Assembly: GCF_009914755.1 (NCBI RefSeq)
Contig: NC_060927.1
Direction: 5' to 3' (one strand)
Length of the DNA stretch: 64,000 nt
From: the human T2T-CHM13v2.0 reference genome, Homo sapiens
Within the stretch, counting starts at the first letter, position 1. Each line of letters opens with the position of its first letter. The notes under the pieces were generated by a model that saw nothing but the letters and a program-made list of their open reading frames with translations, had not been told where the DNA came from and did no database searches. Of this stretch, positions 52,338 to 64,000 are shown piece after piece. The translations under genes were made by a program, and so were the position numbers.

Positions 52338-54699
52338 CCAGCCTCCTATTTTCCAAGCACAGTGGTATAATTACAGCTCTAATTTATGGCATACTTTGTA
52401 GGATTGCTGATTAATTATACAGACCTCCTGATGTTTTATATTCTTTTCAACTTTGTTTCCCTCTGCTATGTGACCACTACAAAGCGAGTATCCCTAAATC
52501 ACTTATTATTCAGGTTACCTAATTTTTAAAAAGTGAATTTGCTATTAACATCATTTTCTTATATAGCACTGTAACATTTATATGTTAAAAATTATTGTAC
52601 TCCTTAATGTTGCAGCTAACTCATACACACACAGACACATACACTCACTCCTACACATACACATACAGACACACACACTCAAAGATTTTAATAAATTCCC
52701 GATATTTACCCAATGTAGACATGTCTAACAGTTCTGCATGACTTGATCTGAAATATTGAACACTTCAACAGTGCAACAAAGCATGATTCGTTAGGGATAA
52801 TACTAACCAATCTCATTTTTAAACTGATTATAGGGATCCAATTTGAATAATTTGCTGCTGTGGATTATTTGGAAACAGTTGTAGCACATTTTGTTTGTTG
52901 CTCGAGGTTATCAGTGTTTTCAGAACACTATCTTCCTTTCATAGTTCTTTTGAGTTTAATAGTTATACAAAAGCCCCATTTACCAGATTTTTCAATAAAT
53001 GTAGTGTGCTGATGATTACAGGAGGATTTGCCAGAAAACTCCTTTACATATACATAGTGCAATATCTTCAGATATTATCCTCTTCTTTGCTTTAAGTAGG
53101 TCAGGTTCACAATGAGCTGTTCTCCTTAAACCCCTCCCCTTCATATCCTTATCAAATTCCCTTTATCACTGTCACATCTAAATTACTATCTTCTGCTTTG
53201 CCACCAAGACATTTTTAATAGTAAGAGCTTCCTGCTCCTTTCTTAAGCTCTTCTCTTTTTCGGTCATCAACTTCCCCTTGGAATTAGGAAAAGGCCCTTG
53301 TAGATTTGGGCTATTAAATAGGAGAGGACCCATGTATCAAGTCCTTAAATGTTCTGTCATCATGAGAATTATTTATTGGAACCCATTACCTGTGCGACTT
53401 CACAGTTCTTTTTAGATGGTTTGTCTGAAAAGAATAAAGGCTCTTCGTTGAAATGAAATCGCTTTCTTTGCTACCTAGGGAAGAAAATAGTTGAGTCTAA
53501 TTATTTAGAAACGAGAGGAGGATTGCTGTAAGGACTTGAGTCGATCATGGAAGTTTCTCCTATGCAAAACAGATCTGAAGGTACAGAAAACATAAAAATA
53601 ATATCCCTGGGAAGAGAACACCCAGGTATTAACTTAAGCACATAGCAGGCTTTATTGAGTTTTACAGAAAAAGTAAATACAGCTGACACAACCTCGAGAC
53701 TAAAATTTTTGGTGACATCTCTGTTTATCCCAGACACTGATTTCTCTATTCAGTTTTGTGATGTGGAGAGTATTCCGAAGGCCTGAAAGTGTTCAAAACC
53801 ATTGTGCATAGCTTCATTTTGGGGGAGAATGTTATAATTTGCTTCTGAAAACTAAGTAATCTCTGACCTCTACCCACACATCAAGAAAGGTTAGAAATCA
53901 GTCCTAATCCCAGGAATTGTCATCAATGTCTCTAAAATTCTAAAGACTGAATGAATTTTAATCCAATAATCAACATATTTAATGTGTGCCTGTTTGTATA
54001 TAAAGGACTGTATAAAATGAAAGGGAGACAGAGAGATGGATACGACCTGGGATTTGAGTTCTGGAAATCATTTGAGTAAATGGGGTGATGATATATTGAG
54101 GAAGTGTAACATCAATGCCATGTGAATAGATTGGGCAGCTTTGGAAGGTCATGAATTGGCCATTATGCGATTTGCCCAACACAGTTTATACTTATTCATA
54201 CCATTGTAAGAGGAAGTTGATCATGGGAGAAAGGTTGAAATAGATGTGTGTTTCACAAGGTACAAGATTGGCACTTCTCCAAGTACTCAGATCATCTTGG
54301 ATGGTACACAGTATACAGACATTAAAAAGCACTGAGCAACATAGTTCTCTTACACTCCTTCTGAGAATATCAAGGGGAAACTCATGGTTGGTCCTAGCAT
54401 ATCTGAACACTTTTGAAATCCTGAGTAATCCCTCTTTTACTGAAACAAAAAAAGTAGTTCCTAGGCTGAGAATCCTGGGAGACAAGTTTACCTAGCTGGA
54501 ATATAATACCTTAGGTGGGTTTTTATCACATTTATTTTTATGATTACCACTATTTATGGCAAGTAGATACTGGTTTCCATGTATCATAGCAACAAGTTTC
54601 CTTTATTCTTTAATTTTGAACTTTGAAACATTTAAAAAATATTGTGACTATTGGTTATTAGAATGATACTGAAAATAATAACAGAAATGATCTTTGCAG

Positions 54700-54910
54700 C
54701 TAACAATGACCAGCTGTTTACCATGCACCATCACAGGCTTAAATGTTTCATGGGAATTTTTACATTTAACCTTCTCACAAAAAACCTATGAAATTCAGGT
54801 GCTTGTTAATTATGACCCCCATTTTAGAGATGGCAGTCTGGAGCCCAGAGGGGTTGAGACTCCCAAGTCACACGTCTAGCAGATAAAGAGGCAAAGATTT
54901 AGGCTGTCTT
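54700..54910 (-). mobile_element. MIR
   Basis: 'ccccattttagagatggcagtctggagcccagagggg...cccaagtcacac'. Confidence 0.7.
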
Positions 54911-55637
54911 GTAGTACATCAATGTGGCCGAAATGGAGAGACGTCAGTTCAGGAAAGCTTAGAATGGATGACTGTTGGTGATGCTGAGTTTCTGTGCTTC
55001 CCAGAAGGCAAAGATGCAGCTGTTTTAGGGACAGGGAGAGACCTTGGGGATTTTAACTGGACCGTGACAGTGGTGTTCTATCATGATAGTGAATGAGCTA
55101 GTAGATTCCACTTTCATTTTCTCTCTTAGAAATATTATGAAGTTCTGGTATTAGGGGTTAAAGCAAATAAAGCATGATCCTGCCATCACCAAAGAGTTGC
55201 AAATTGGATGCATAATAAAATTAAAACATTTTTTGTTTCTGGCATGGCCAATATTGCTATTTGTCTTATAGAAACCTCTTCTCATTACTAAATTATATAT
55301 TCTGTATAGTGGGCCCCCCTTTCTAATTAATAATTAATATTGTCTTCCAGGCATTTTAGTTACCAAGTGGTAAAGGAAGCTTCTGTGATTTCAACTTCAA
55401 GTTATTTTTCACATATTCTTTACTTTTGCTTCTGCTTTCAGACACATTAATAGGGACACATATTTCTCAATATTAGGAAAAGCTATTTCAACAAGTAAAA
55501 TTAGAAAGCAAACAGAAAAAAAAAAGAACTATTTAATTATAACCAAAGATCTAATGGTAAATTTAAAGAAAATCTCTTAAATGTGGTTACATTTTTTACT
55601 TCTTGTTTTATTTCTTTCCTACACCCTCCAACACTGC

Positions 55638-55870
55638 AGGATAGCATGGTAGGAAGGGTACAGGCTCTCTAGTGAGCCCTGAGCTCAAAACTCCACTCTA
55701 TTTCTTGTAAATGACATTGACTTTGGATGTTTTAATTTACTCCTCTGGATTTCATTTTTCTTAACTGAAAAATCAGGATAATGATACTCCTCAGAATTGT
55801 GCAGATTAAATGAGATAATCAATGCAAGCAGCCAACAGCACCCAATAGGATGTTGTAAGTGCTTAATAAA
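55638..55870 (+). mobile_element. MIR
   Basis: 'gataatgatactcctcagaattgtgcagattaaatgagataat' and 'gtaagtgcttaataaa'. Confidence 0.7.
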
Positions 55871-58049
55871 CTTCTTAAGCATCTCCATGCGCCCAATACT
55901 CAACTTAGTATATTTACAGTTTTTCTTCTGGGTCTCTTGGTCCATTTCTGTCCACGTCTTCTTTATTTCTAATTATTTCTAGAGACAGCTGCACTTTGTT
56001 ATTAAACTATTCTTTTACAAGCTACTCTGCTGTTCTGATTTTGTTATATAAAGCTTCCTGAGTGCTTTATATATTTTAATGTTTTTTTCTCATTATAAAA
56101 GTTATATTACTTATTATGATGCTTTGGTAAAAGTATATGGAAGTATAGAAAATAACAAATAATATTGCTTTAAATAATATTACTTTCCTGTCCTTACCCC
56201 CATTCATCCTCACAATGCCTTATGGAATTATGTTGAAATTGTCTCAGGTCCTAAATTCTCAGAAGAAAGGAATTCTAAATCTTATATTAGTGGAAACATG
56301 GAGATCTTGCATCAATGAAATATAGCAATTTAAGAAACAAATTTTAGGCAAAATGACATCCAAACATGTCCTTTACTTTATTTCCTTTTCCCAAAGACAT
56401 GGTGTTTCTAGTGTTATATGCTTACCATGTGAATAAATAAAATCACAAAATTTTACCAGCCCAAGAAAAGCATTTCTCATGTTCATCATGCACTGTGTCA
56501 CGAAGAACAATTAAAATTAACTCTGTGATCTTTAATACTCATCCAGCCCCAGGCAGAGAGTTATTGCCAGGTTATTTTAAAGGGCTTTCAAACTGTTGTT
56601 CAGAGGAAGTTAAACCTGAATCAAACCAGGTTAAACAAACACAAGTTTATTTTCTCTTTTGAGCAATGCTGCAGACAAGGGCAATAGGGTCTGAACGCAG
56701 CTTGTTCTTCAGGTGGCCTGAAATGCACAGGTTGTTCAGCAGTTTATTAAACCCAAATCTTACAACAGAAAGCAAATTATCTCTAAGGGAACTTTGTCAC
56801 CAGGGTGTCTGTTCAATAGTGATGTCTATTGCCACCACAGAGACTACACGGAAAGGTCAATGACAGGTTTGCCTGAAATTACCCCGGGAGGAGGTGTCTT
56901 CCTATTGACCTACATTAAATTTGTTATCCAAAATACCTTTTTTTCCTTAAGATGGGGAGCAAAGCCATCTTCTAGAGGTCTCAATTGACTCTTTGTAAAT
57001 TGCAATTACCACAAAACAATCTTTCTTTCTATAATTCAAAATAATTAATTCCTTCCCATCATGCTGAGAATTTCCACGTATCTTTTGAAATCAAGTATGT
57101 AAGCTTGGGCAAATTTCAGCTAAAAGTTAAAATACCTTTTGAATTTTATGAAAAGAGATAGGCAAGGAAATTCAAACCAAAACAAGTCTTTTTTTTTTTT
57201 TCTTTTCAGAGAAAAGTCTTGGTGTTATTTGCTATCAGGTAGGTCTATAGCATACAGCCTACCCATGCCAATTAATCTGCCAGGCTTTTCTAATTTCTCA
57301 ACTGGCACAAAGCCAGAGACCCCTGTACTGTATCCGTATGTCAGCTCTTGCAGTCACAGGCTAATTCTCCTGTTGATAGGTTGAATATATGAATCTTTAT
57401 CTCTGTCTCTTCATTGTCACCTCTCTACTCCTTCTACATTGTGACTATTTCTTGGGCATTGTATTCCAAAATTATGCTGTATTGCTTTTGCCTCAAGGGC
57501 AAGTAAAGACAATGCCTTTCTCATAAGCAGTTCAGCTTTCAGGCAGAACAGCTTAGAATACCATAGGTTGCCATTTTGGTGTAGATCCTCCTCTGTCTTA
57601 TTTTGGTTATAATTTTAATACCAAAGTAAATATTTATCACTTGGCCAGAGTAACAAGAAAAAGATCAAATGAGAGATGTAGTTTAATCCAACCAACAAAC
57701 TGGGTTAATTACAGAAGAAATTAAAATTGCAGGCAGGCCCTAATCTTTTTTTTCCTACTGGACTTTTATTCTTTGATACATTACCCATTACCACCCCCAA
57801 ACTGTCTTTTATACTCCTCATTTGATTGTTATTATATCACCGAGAGAGCAATAATTGCAAGTCTCTGTTAGCTGCTGTTGGGGAAAAGGCCAAGCCTTCT
57901 ACAGGCTGGAAGGAGGCTGAGCAGTGGGCATGGGAGGTGGTGCCAGGCCCACAAAAGCAGAACCCCTCCTGCGTATCACTTCCTCTGCCCCTCGTCTAAG
58001 GGCTTCAAACAAGGTCTAACAGCCCTGGGGGGTTTCCTCTCTTGATACC

Positions 58050-58515
58050 CGTTATGGGTTAAACAGTTTCCCTATAAAAATCATATTCACCTAGAATCTC
58101 AAAATGTGACCTTATTTGGGCCCTTTGCAGATGTAATCAAGTTAAGATGAGATCATACTGGATTGCATAGGCCCTAATCCAATGACTGATGTCCTTATGT
58201 AAGGAGAGGGAAATTTGGATACAGAGGGAAGACAATGTAAAGAGACACACATCCGCACCATGTGACGATGGAGGCAGAGATTGGAGTGATGCCTCTGCAA
58301 GACAAGGAACACCAAAAAACAAAAGGGCCAACAGCCGCCAGAAGCTGGGAGTGAACCAAAGGGTTTCTCCCGCAGAGCCTCCAGCAGCAACCAACCTGGC
58401 CAATACCTTCATGTCAGACTGCCATCCTCCACCACTGCCAGAGTATAGATCTTTATTGTTGTAAAGCGCCTAGTTTGTGGTGTGTTGCTATGGCAGCCAT
58501 AGGAAACTACTACCA
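58050..58515 (+). mobile_element. MLT1C-like MaLR LTR
   Basis: 'aatgtgaccttatttgg', 'ctttgcagatgtaatcaagttaagatgag', 'ggaggcagagattggagtgatg' and 'atggcagccataggaaact'. Confidence 0.88.
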
Positions 58516-58677
58516 CACCACACCCATCGTCCCCTCCCACTGCATTGCTCTGTTCTCTCTGTCCAGTATGTCTTGAGTGGAAACATTGAAGAGGGGATAG
58601 ATCGTGGCCTCATAACCACAGGCTACCCTAAATCCCGGCCCCATGTACTCAGGCACATGCTGCTACTGGTTTAAAGT

Positions 58678-58930
58678 CAGGGTTCACAGTCTCAAAGGCC
58701 TGCAGGGGCCTGGTAGGAACATTAAAGAGAGGTTCAAGCCAGGCATAGACGGGAGCTAGAAAACCCACCATCTGCTCAAGAGGGCTGCTGCCCGTCTCCT
58801 CCAGCCTATTGGTGCCCTAAGGGGATATGTTGCCAGTATTGCCCTATCTTCCCATATGTCACAATTAGCCAGGAATGGGCTTTTATATGAAATCATACAA
58901 TTATTAGATTGTTATTTTAATTGTGTAGAA
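58678..58930 (+). mobile_element. MER102-like fragment
   Basis: 'ctcaaaggcctgcaggggcctggtagg', 'ctccagcctattggtgcc' and 'ttttatatgaaatc'. Confidence 0.55.
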
Positions 58931-59134
58931 AAAGCAAGCTCATCTGTGGCTGTGAAGTTCCTCTGGTCTATTAATGACAGGCTCGCTGACACGTGCCCAA
59001 TTCTGTCCTGCCTTGTGATGTACGTGAGACCTTTGGTTGGGGGATGCCTGTCTAACCGCCCTCATTCTAGGGCATCGCTGATGGCCCCTGGGGTCAGCAG
59101 TCTTCCTTTCCTGGAGCCAGGCCTCCTGTGACAG

Positions 59135-59164
59135 CTCTGCCATCCTCCCCTCTGCCATCCTCCC
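59135..59164. repeat. Perfect 15-bp tandem duplication
   Basis: ctctgccatcctccc twice. Confidence 0.9.
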
Positions 59165-59187
59165 AGTTTGCTTAAGCTGAGAAGTAG

Positions 59188-59752
59188 TCTTACCGAAATA
59201 TAAGTTAGTCGCTCACCCCTTGCAGAGTTCAATTAACTGGAGTGAGGTCTGGTATAAAGAAAGCGATTTATTCCAAAGCTAGCTTGGGGAAAGAAATACA
59301 GATGTCCTGCCTTAAGTATACCACTTCACTTTTGGAACAGAAAACGGGTACTTTTCAAAGGTAGAGGAGGAAGCAAGCAAAACGTGATAGCTCTGGTGGC
59401 TTATCTACGAGGTGTTCGAGCTTGTGACTGCCGGCACCTTTGTGGACAGGACTAGGCTGCAAACTTACCAGGTGGGAAGGAGTTTCCTATCTCTTGAGGC
59501 AGTCACCTGGTAGGAGGGAGTTTTATAAAATTGAGGCAGCCTCCTGGTGGGGGAAAGTTTCTTTCTGGGGCGCCTAAGCACATAGTTAGATGAACTTGCC
59601 CGGTAGGGAGTGTCTGGTGAAGGGGAGGTAAAAGGCTATATTTGCATTTCTAAAGGGCTATGTAGGAAGTGGGGAACCAGGGGAATGAGAAGAGAAAAGA
59701 GAGAGAAAAAAATAATTAAACCATCTTAGAAAAATGGGGCTACTTGGTGACA
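59188..59752 (-). mobile_element. ERV1 (MER4-group) solo LTR, subfamily uncertain (MER66-like?), 4-bp TSD GTAG
   Basis: Ends t(c)ttaccg... and ...tacttggtgaca; antisense polyA signal tttatt near 59267; gtag at 59184-59187 and 59753-59756. Confidence 0.7.
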
Positions 59753-60905
59753 GTAGCAGTAATTATTTTAACTATGTTTGGGATTCTGTAATAAATTTTA
59801 GCTCTTCAGGAGTTTAGCCTCCCTCGTAATGTGTAAATCTATTGTTTCACTTTCAGGCTTTCAGCTTTCAAACACGTTTTCTGGAACCAATCATGTATAA
59901 AAGAGAGTAGAAGCCTTTTAAGGCCCTTTGAGTTTTTTTTTTTTTTAATTGCACATAATTTTAAGTGAGCTATTTTATTCTTGATCTAACAATAATAAAG
60001 ATGATTTAAAATTTAACATAACAGTTTGTCACTTTTTTGTGTATTTTGTTTGTTTGTTGAAAGGAAATGATCACTCCATAATTTCTTTCTTTGCAGAAGG
60101 AGAGAAGTGGTTTTCTAAGTTGTATTCTGAAGGGATTTATTTCTAAGGAAGTGTTTCAGTGTGACTTAAAGGCAAGCAAGGATACGCTGTCTCCCTCTAC
60201 AGCAGTTAGGCTTCCTGCTGAACTGCTCAGAAAAATCATAGGTCTCCATTTTGGGATAATCCTCCTCTTTTGGGTGATAGAGTGAAGTTGGCAGCTTTCA
60301 TCATGTGTTACTAAAGACCCCCCCAAAAGAAAAGATCAGCATTTTTAAAGGTCCTGTGTCCCCAGACTGGTTTTGATTTATAGGACTGACAATGTCAACT
60401 TTTCAATGGCTGCAACTCAGAGCCTCATGTGAAGAAAGATAGATTCAATTTATCTCCTGAGTCCAGATTTGTTCCTATCCTCTGTGGATCCAAAATCTCC
60501 AAATGACAGTGAGGGAACAACTGCTTCTCTATGCTCTAGGTAATTTACTGTGTTGTGAATTAGATGACCTCTTTTCATGTAGGGAAAATTAAGTCTTGTG
60601 TCATGTCTGTATTTGTACTACTTGCTGCTTTATCACCTTTGGCTTTTCTCTGTTGCCACCAATAATTTAAAAAGGGCCACAGGTAGGTCAGGACTAACCT
60701 GTTCTAAGCCAAGAACAGATTTACATTTTCAATTCTTTTCATCTTACTCCATCACTATTCATAAGTATTAGGAGGAGCTCAAAGTTCACTATCACCCTAA
60801 TAGCTACAAGTCAGTCAGTAGTCTAAATTGAGGAAACCAAGATGAGATGGACCATAAAGGAAACTTTGAAATCTCATCCAGAAACAAACATGAAAATAAA
60901 GCTAT

Positions 60906-61865
<960 letters not shown>

Positions 61866-62083
61866 TTAGGTACTATATTCATGAAAAAAAAAAAGAATGT
61901 AATATTAGTGGAAAAACCGTTTTTCTAAGTTGGTAGAAGATCCAAATGGAAAGGAAGAAAATATCTAAGTATTTATATTGAGTTGCATTTCAAATTTTTC
62001 CTTGAGCTAGCCAAATTTGTACCCCAAGGCCGAATGCTAGCTTTATAGCTTATTTCTGGCTTATAAAAATCCCATAAAACATT

Positions 62084-62367
62084 GGCCGAGTGTGGTGGCT
62101 CACTCCTGGCATCTGAGCACTTCGGGAGGCTGAGGCCCTCGGATCACTTGAGGTCAGAAGTTTCAGACCAGCCTGGCCTACATGGTGAAACCCCATCTCT
62201 ACTAAAAATACAAAATATTAGCTAGACGTGGGGGTACATGCCTAGCTATCAGGGAGGCTGAGGCGAGAGAATCGCATGTACCCAGGAGTTGGAAGTTGCA
62301 GTGAGCCGAGATCGTACCACTGCACTCCAGCCTGGGTGACACAGCAAGACTCTGTCTCAAAAAACAA
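62084..62367 (+). mobile_element. AluS (Sz/Sx-like), 17-bp TSD
   Basis: 'ggatcacttgaggtcagaagtttcagaccagcctgg'; TSD aaaaatc(c/a)cataaaaca. Confidence 0.9.
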
Positions 62368-62674
62368 AAAAATCACATAAAACACATTAAAAGCAACAGG
62401 TCAAATTGTATACTTAGCCTTTATATGCAGAAAAATATAGCCAAAATTATGTGATACAGCTGTGTATGAAGAAATGTCAGGTGCTTTTTTCTTCATATTC
62501 GGAACTGTGTGGTTATTCTTCCATTATAGATAGCATTCGTCAATCTTCTACCGAAAAGTTCTATCAAGGCAGTCATCACGGAATCATCTTCAGAATCCAT
62601 TCCTTCCATTCTACTTTTACTACCACCGTCACCTGAACAAGTTCAGCAATTTCTTGGAAAGATTGCACTCTTCC

Positions 62675-63060
62675 TGTTGTCAGGGCTGAAAACTCAATTT
62701 CTAACATCTTATATTATTGGCTTATATAACTGGGGCGTCCAAGGTGTTGACTTCCACCGTGGACAGAAATGGGCTCAAAAATGTCATAAGGTCTCTGCTT
62801 CTCTTTCTCTCTCTCTTTCTCTTGGGCTCTGTTTGTCTTTGGATGGCTTCCTTAAGGCATGCTTTCTCTATATGGTAGGCAAAATAATTGCCAACAATTC
62901 TAGATTCCCATCTTCCAAATTTAGCAATCCCAGCAGAAAGAGATTGTTTTCTCAAAGAGCTCCTGGTTTTGATGGCATGCTTCTACACCCATCACTATAG
63001 ACAAGAGAATAGGGTCTCCTGACTGGCCAGGTCTGGGTCCCTGCCCATCTTTATACCTAG
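62675..63060 (-). mobile_element. MLT1K-like ancient LTR
   Basis: 'ttattggcttatataactg', 'gggctcaaaaatgtcat', 'ttagcaatcccagcagaaagaga' and 'ctgactggccaggtctgggtc'. Confidence 0.6.
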
Positions 63061-63227
63061 ATAGTTTGTCAAACAGCTTTCCCATTGAAAACAGTAATGC
63101 TCATTTTACTGTGTGCTTATAGAAATGTGTATGTTATTGTATGGAACACATTGGCATTATTTCTAGATATATAATCATCAAAAGTAATGATTTATTATGA
63201 GCTTGAGAACAAAAACAATAATTTTCA

Positions 63228-63611
<384 letters not shown>

Positions 63612-63874
63612 CTATGAATAAATGGGTTCAATATATCATCCCCCTTCTGTGTCTATTTGGTGTCACCCATATGCTTTGTGAGGCATCATAATGTGTTGTA
63701 GGACTTCAGAGTGGCAGAACTACTCAGCAGTTGTCTTAGTCTTAACAGAATCCTTTGTAATTGCTTGAAACAGTGGGTCCAGGAAGGCACAGAGCTTCAC
63801 TTAATAGAACATGTGGCTAACTCTGGTCTATTCATGAGTGTCTCACTGACATATGCCCAAGCACCTGTCCCGCC

Positions 63875-64000
63875 TGGTGTATTTTACATGTCAGGCATCG
63901 TTCTAAGCACCGCACATCTTAACAACAACTCTATGAGATGTATATAGTTACTTTTATTATCCCATTTTTACAAACAAGGAAGCTGAGTTACAGAGAGATT
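63875..64000 (-). mobile_element. MIR (runs off the window)
   Basis: 'tgtcaggcatcgttctaagcac...aacaactctatgag...attatcccatttttacaaacaaggaagctgag'. Confidence 0.75.

Overview
Human (primate) genomic DNA from inside CNTN4 (contactin-4), transcribed on the + strand. I can support only one coding exon, 5957-6107 (151 nt), which encodes [50 protein letters not shown](R), the first half of an Ig-like C2 domain. The rest is intron, dense in old and young transposable elements: 16 Alus, L1, L2, L3/CR1, MIR, MaLR/ERVL LTRs, ERV1 solo LTRs (MER4, LTR8, LTR9 and one unassigned) and hAT/Tigger DNA-transposon relics. The other listed ORFs are repeat-derived or chance. The most striking unexplained structure is a ~150-bp inverted duplication (34004-34153 / 34848-34998, about 77% identity, 694-bp spacer) that matches no repeat family I recognise. 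Other points of interest are a multi-level nest of TEs with a closely spaced inverted AluY pair (11-14.5 kb), a Tigger2a hit by three Alus, octamer-bearing ERV1 solo LTRs, a possible LTR-derived poison exon, a near-perfect 50-bp tandem duplication and possible Alu-Alu gene conversion. Repeat subfamily names come from remembered consensus sequences and old-repeat boundaries are approximate. No database search was run.
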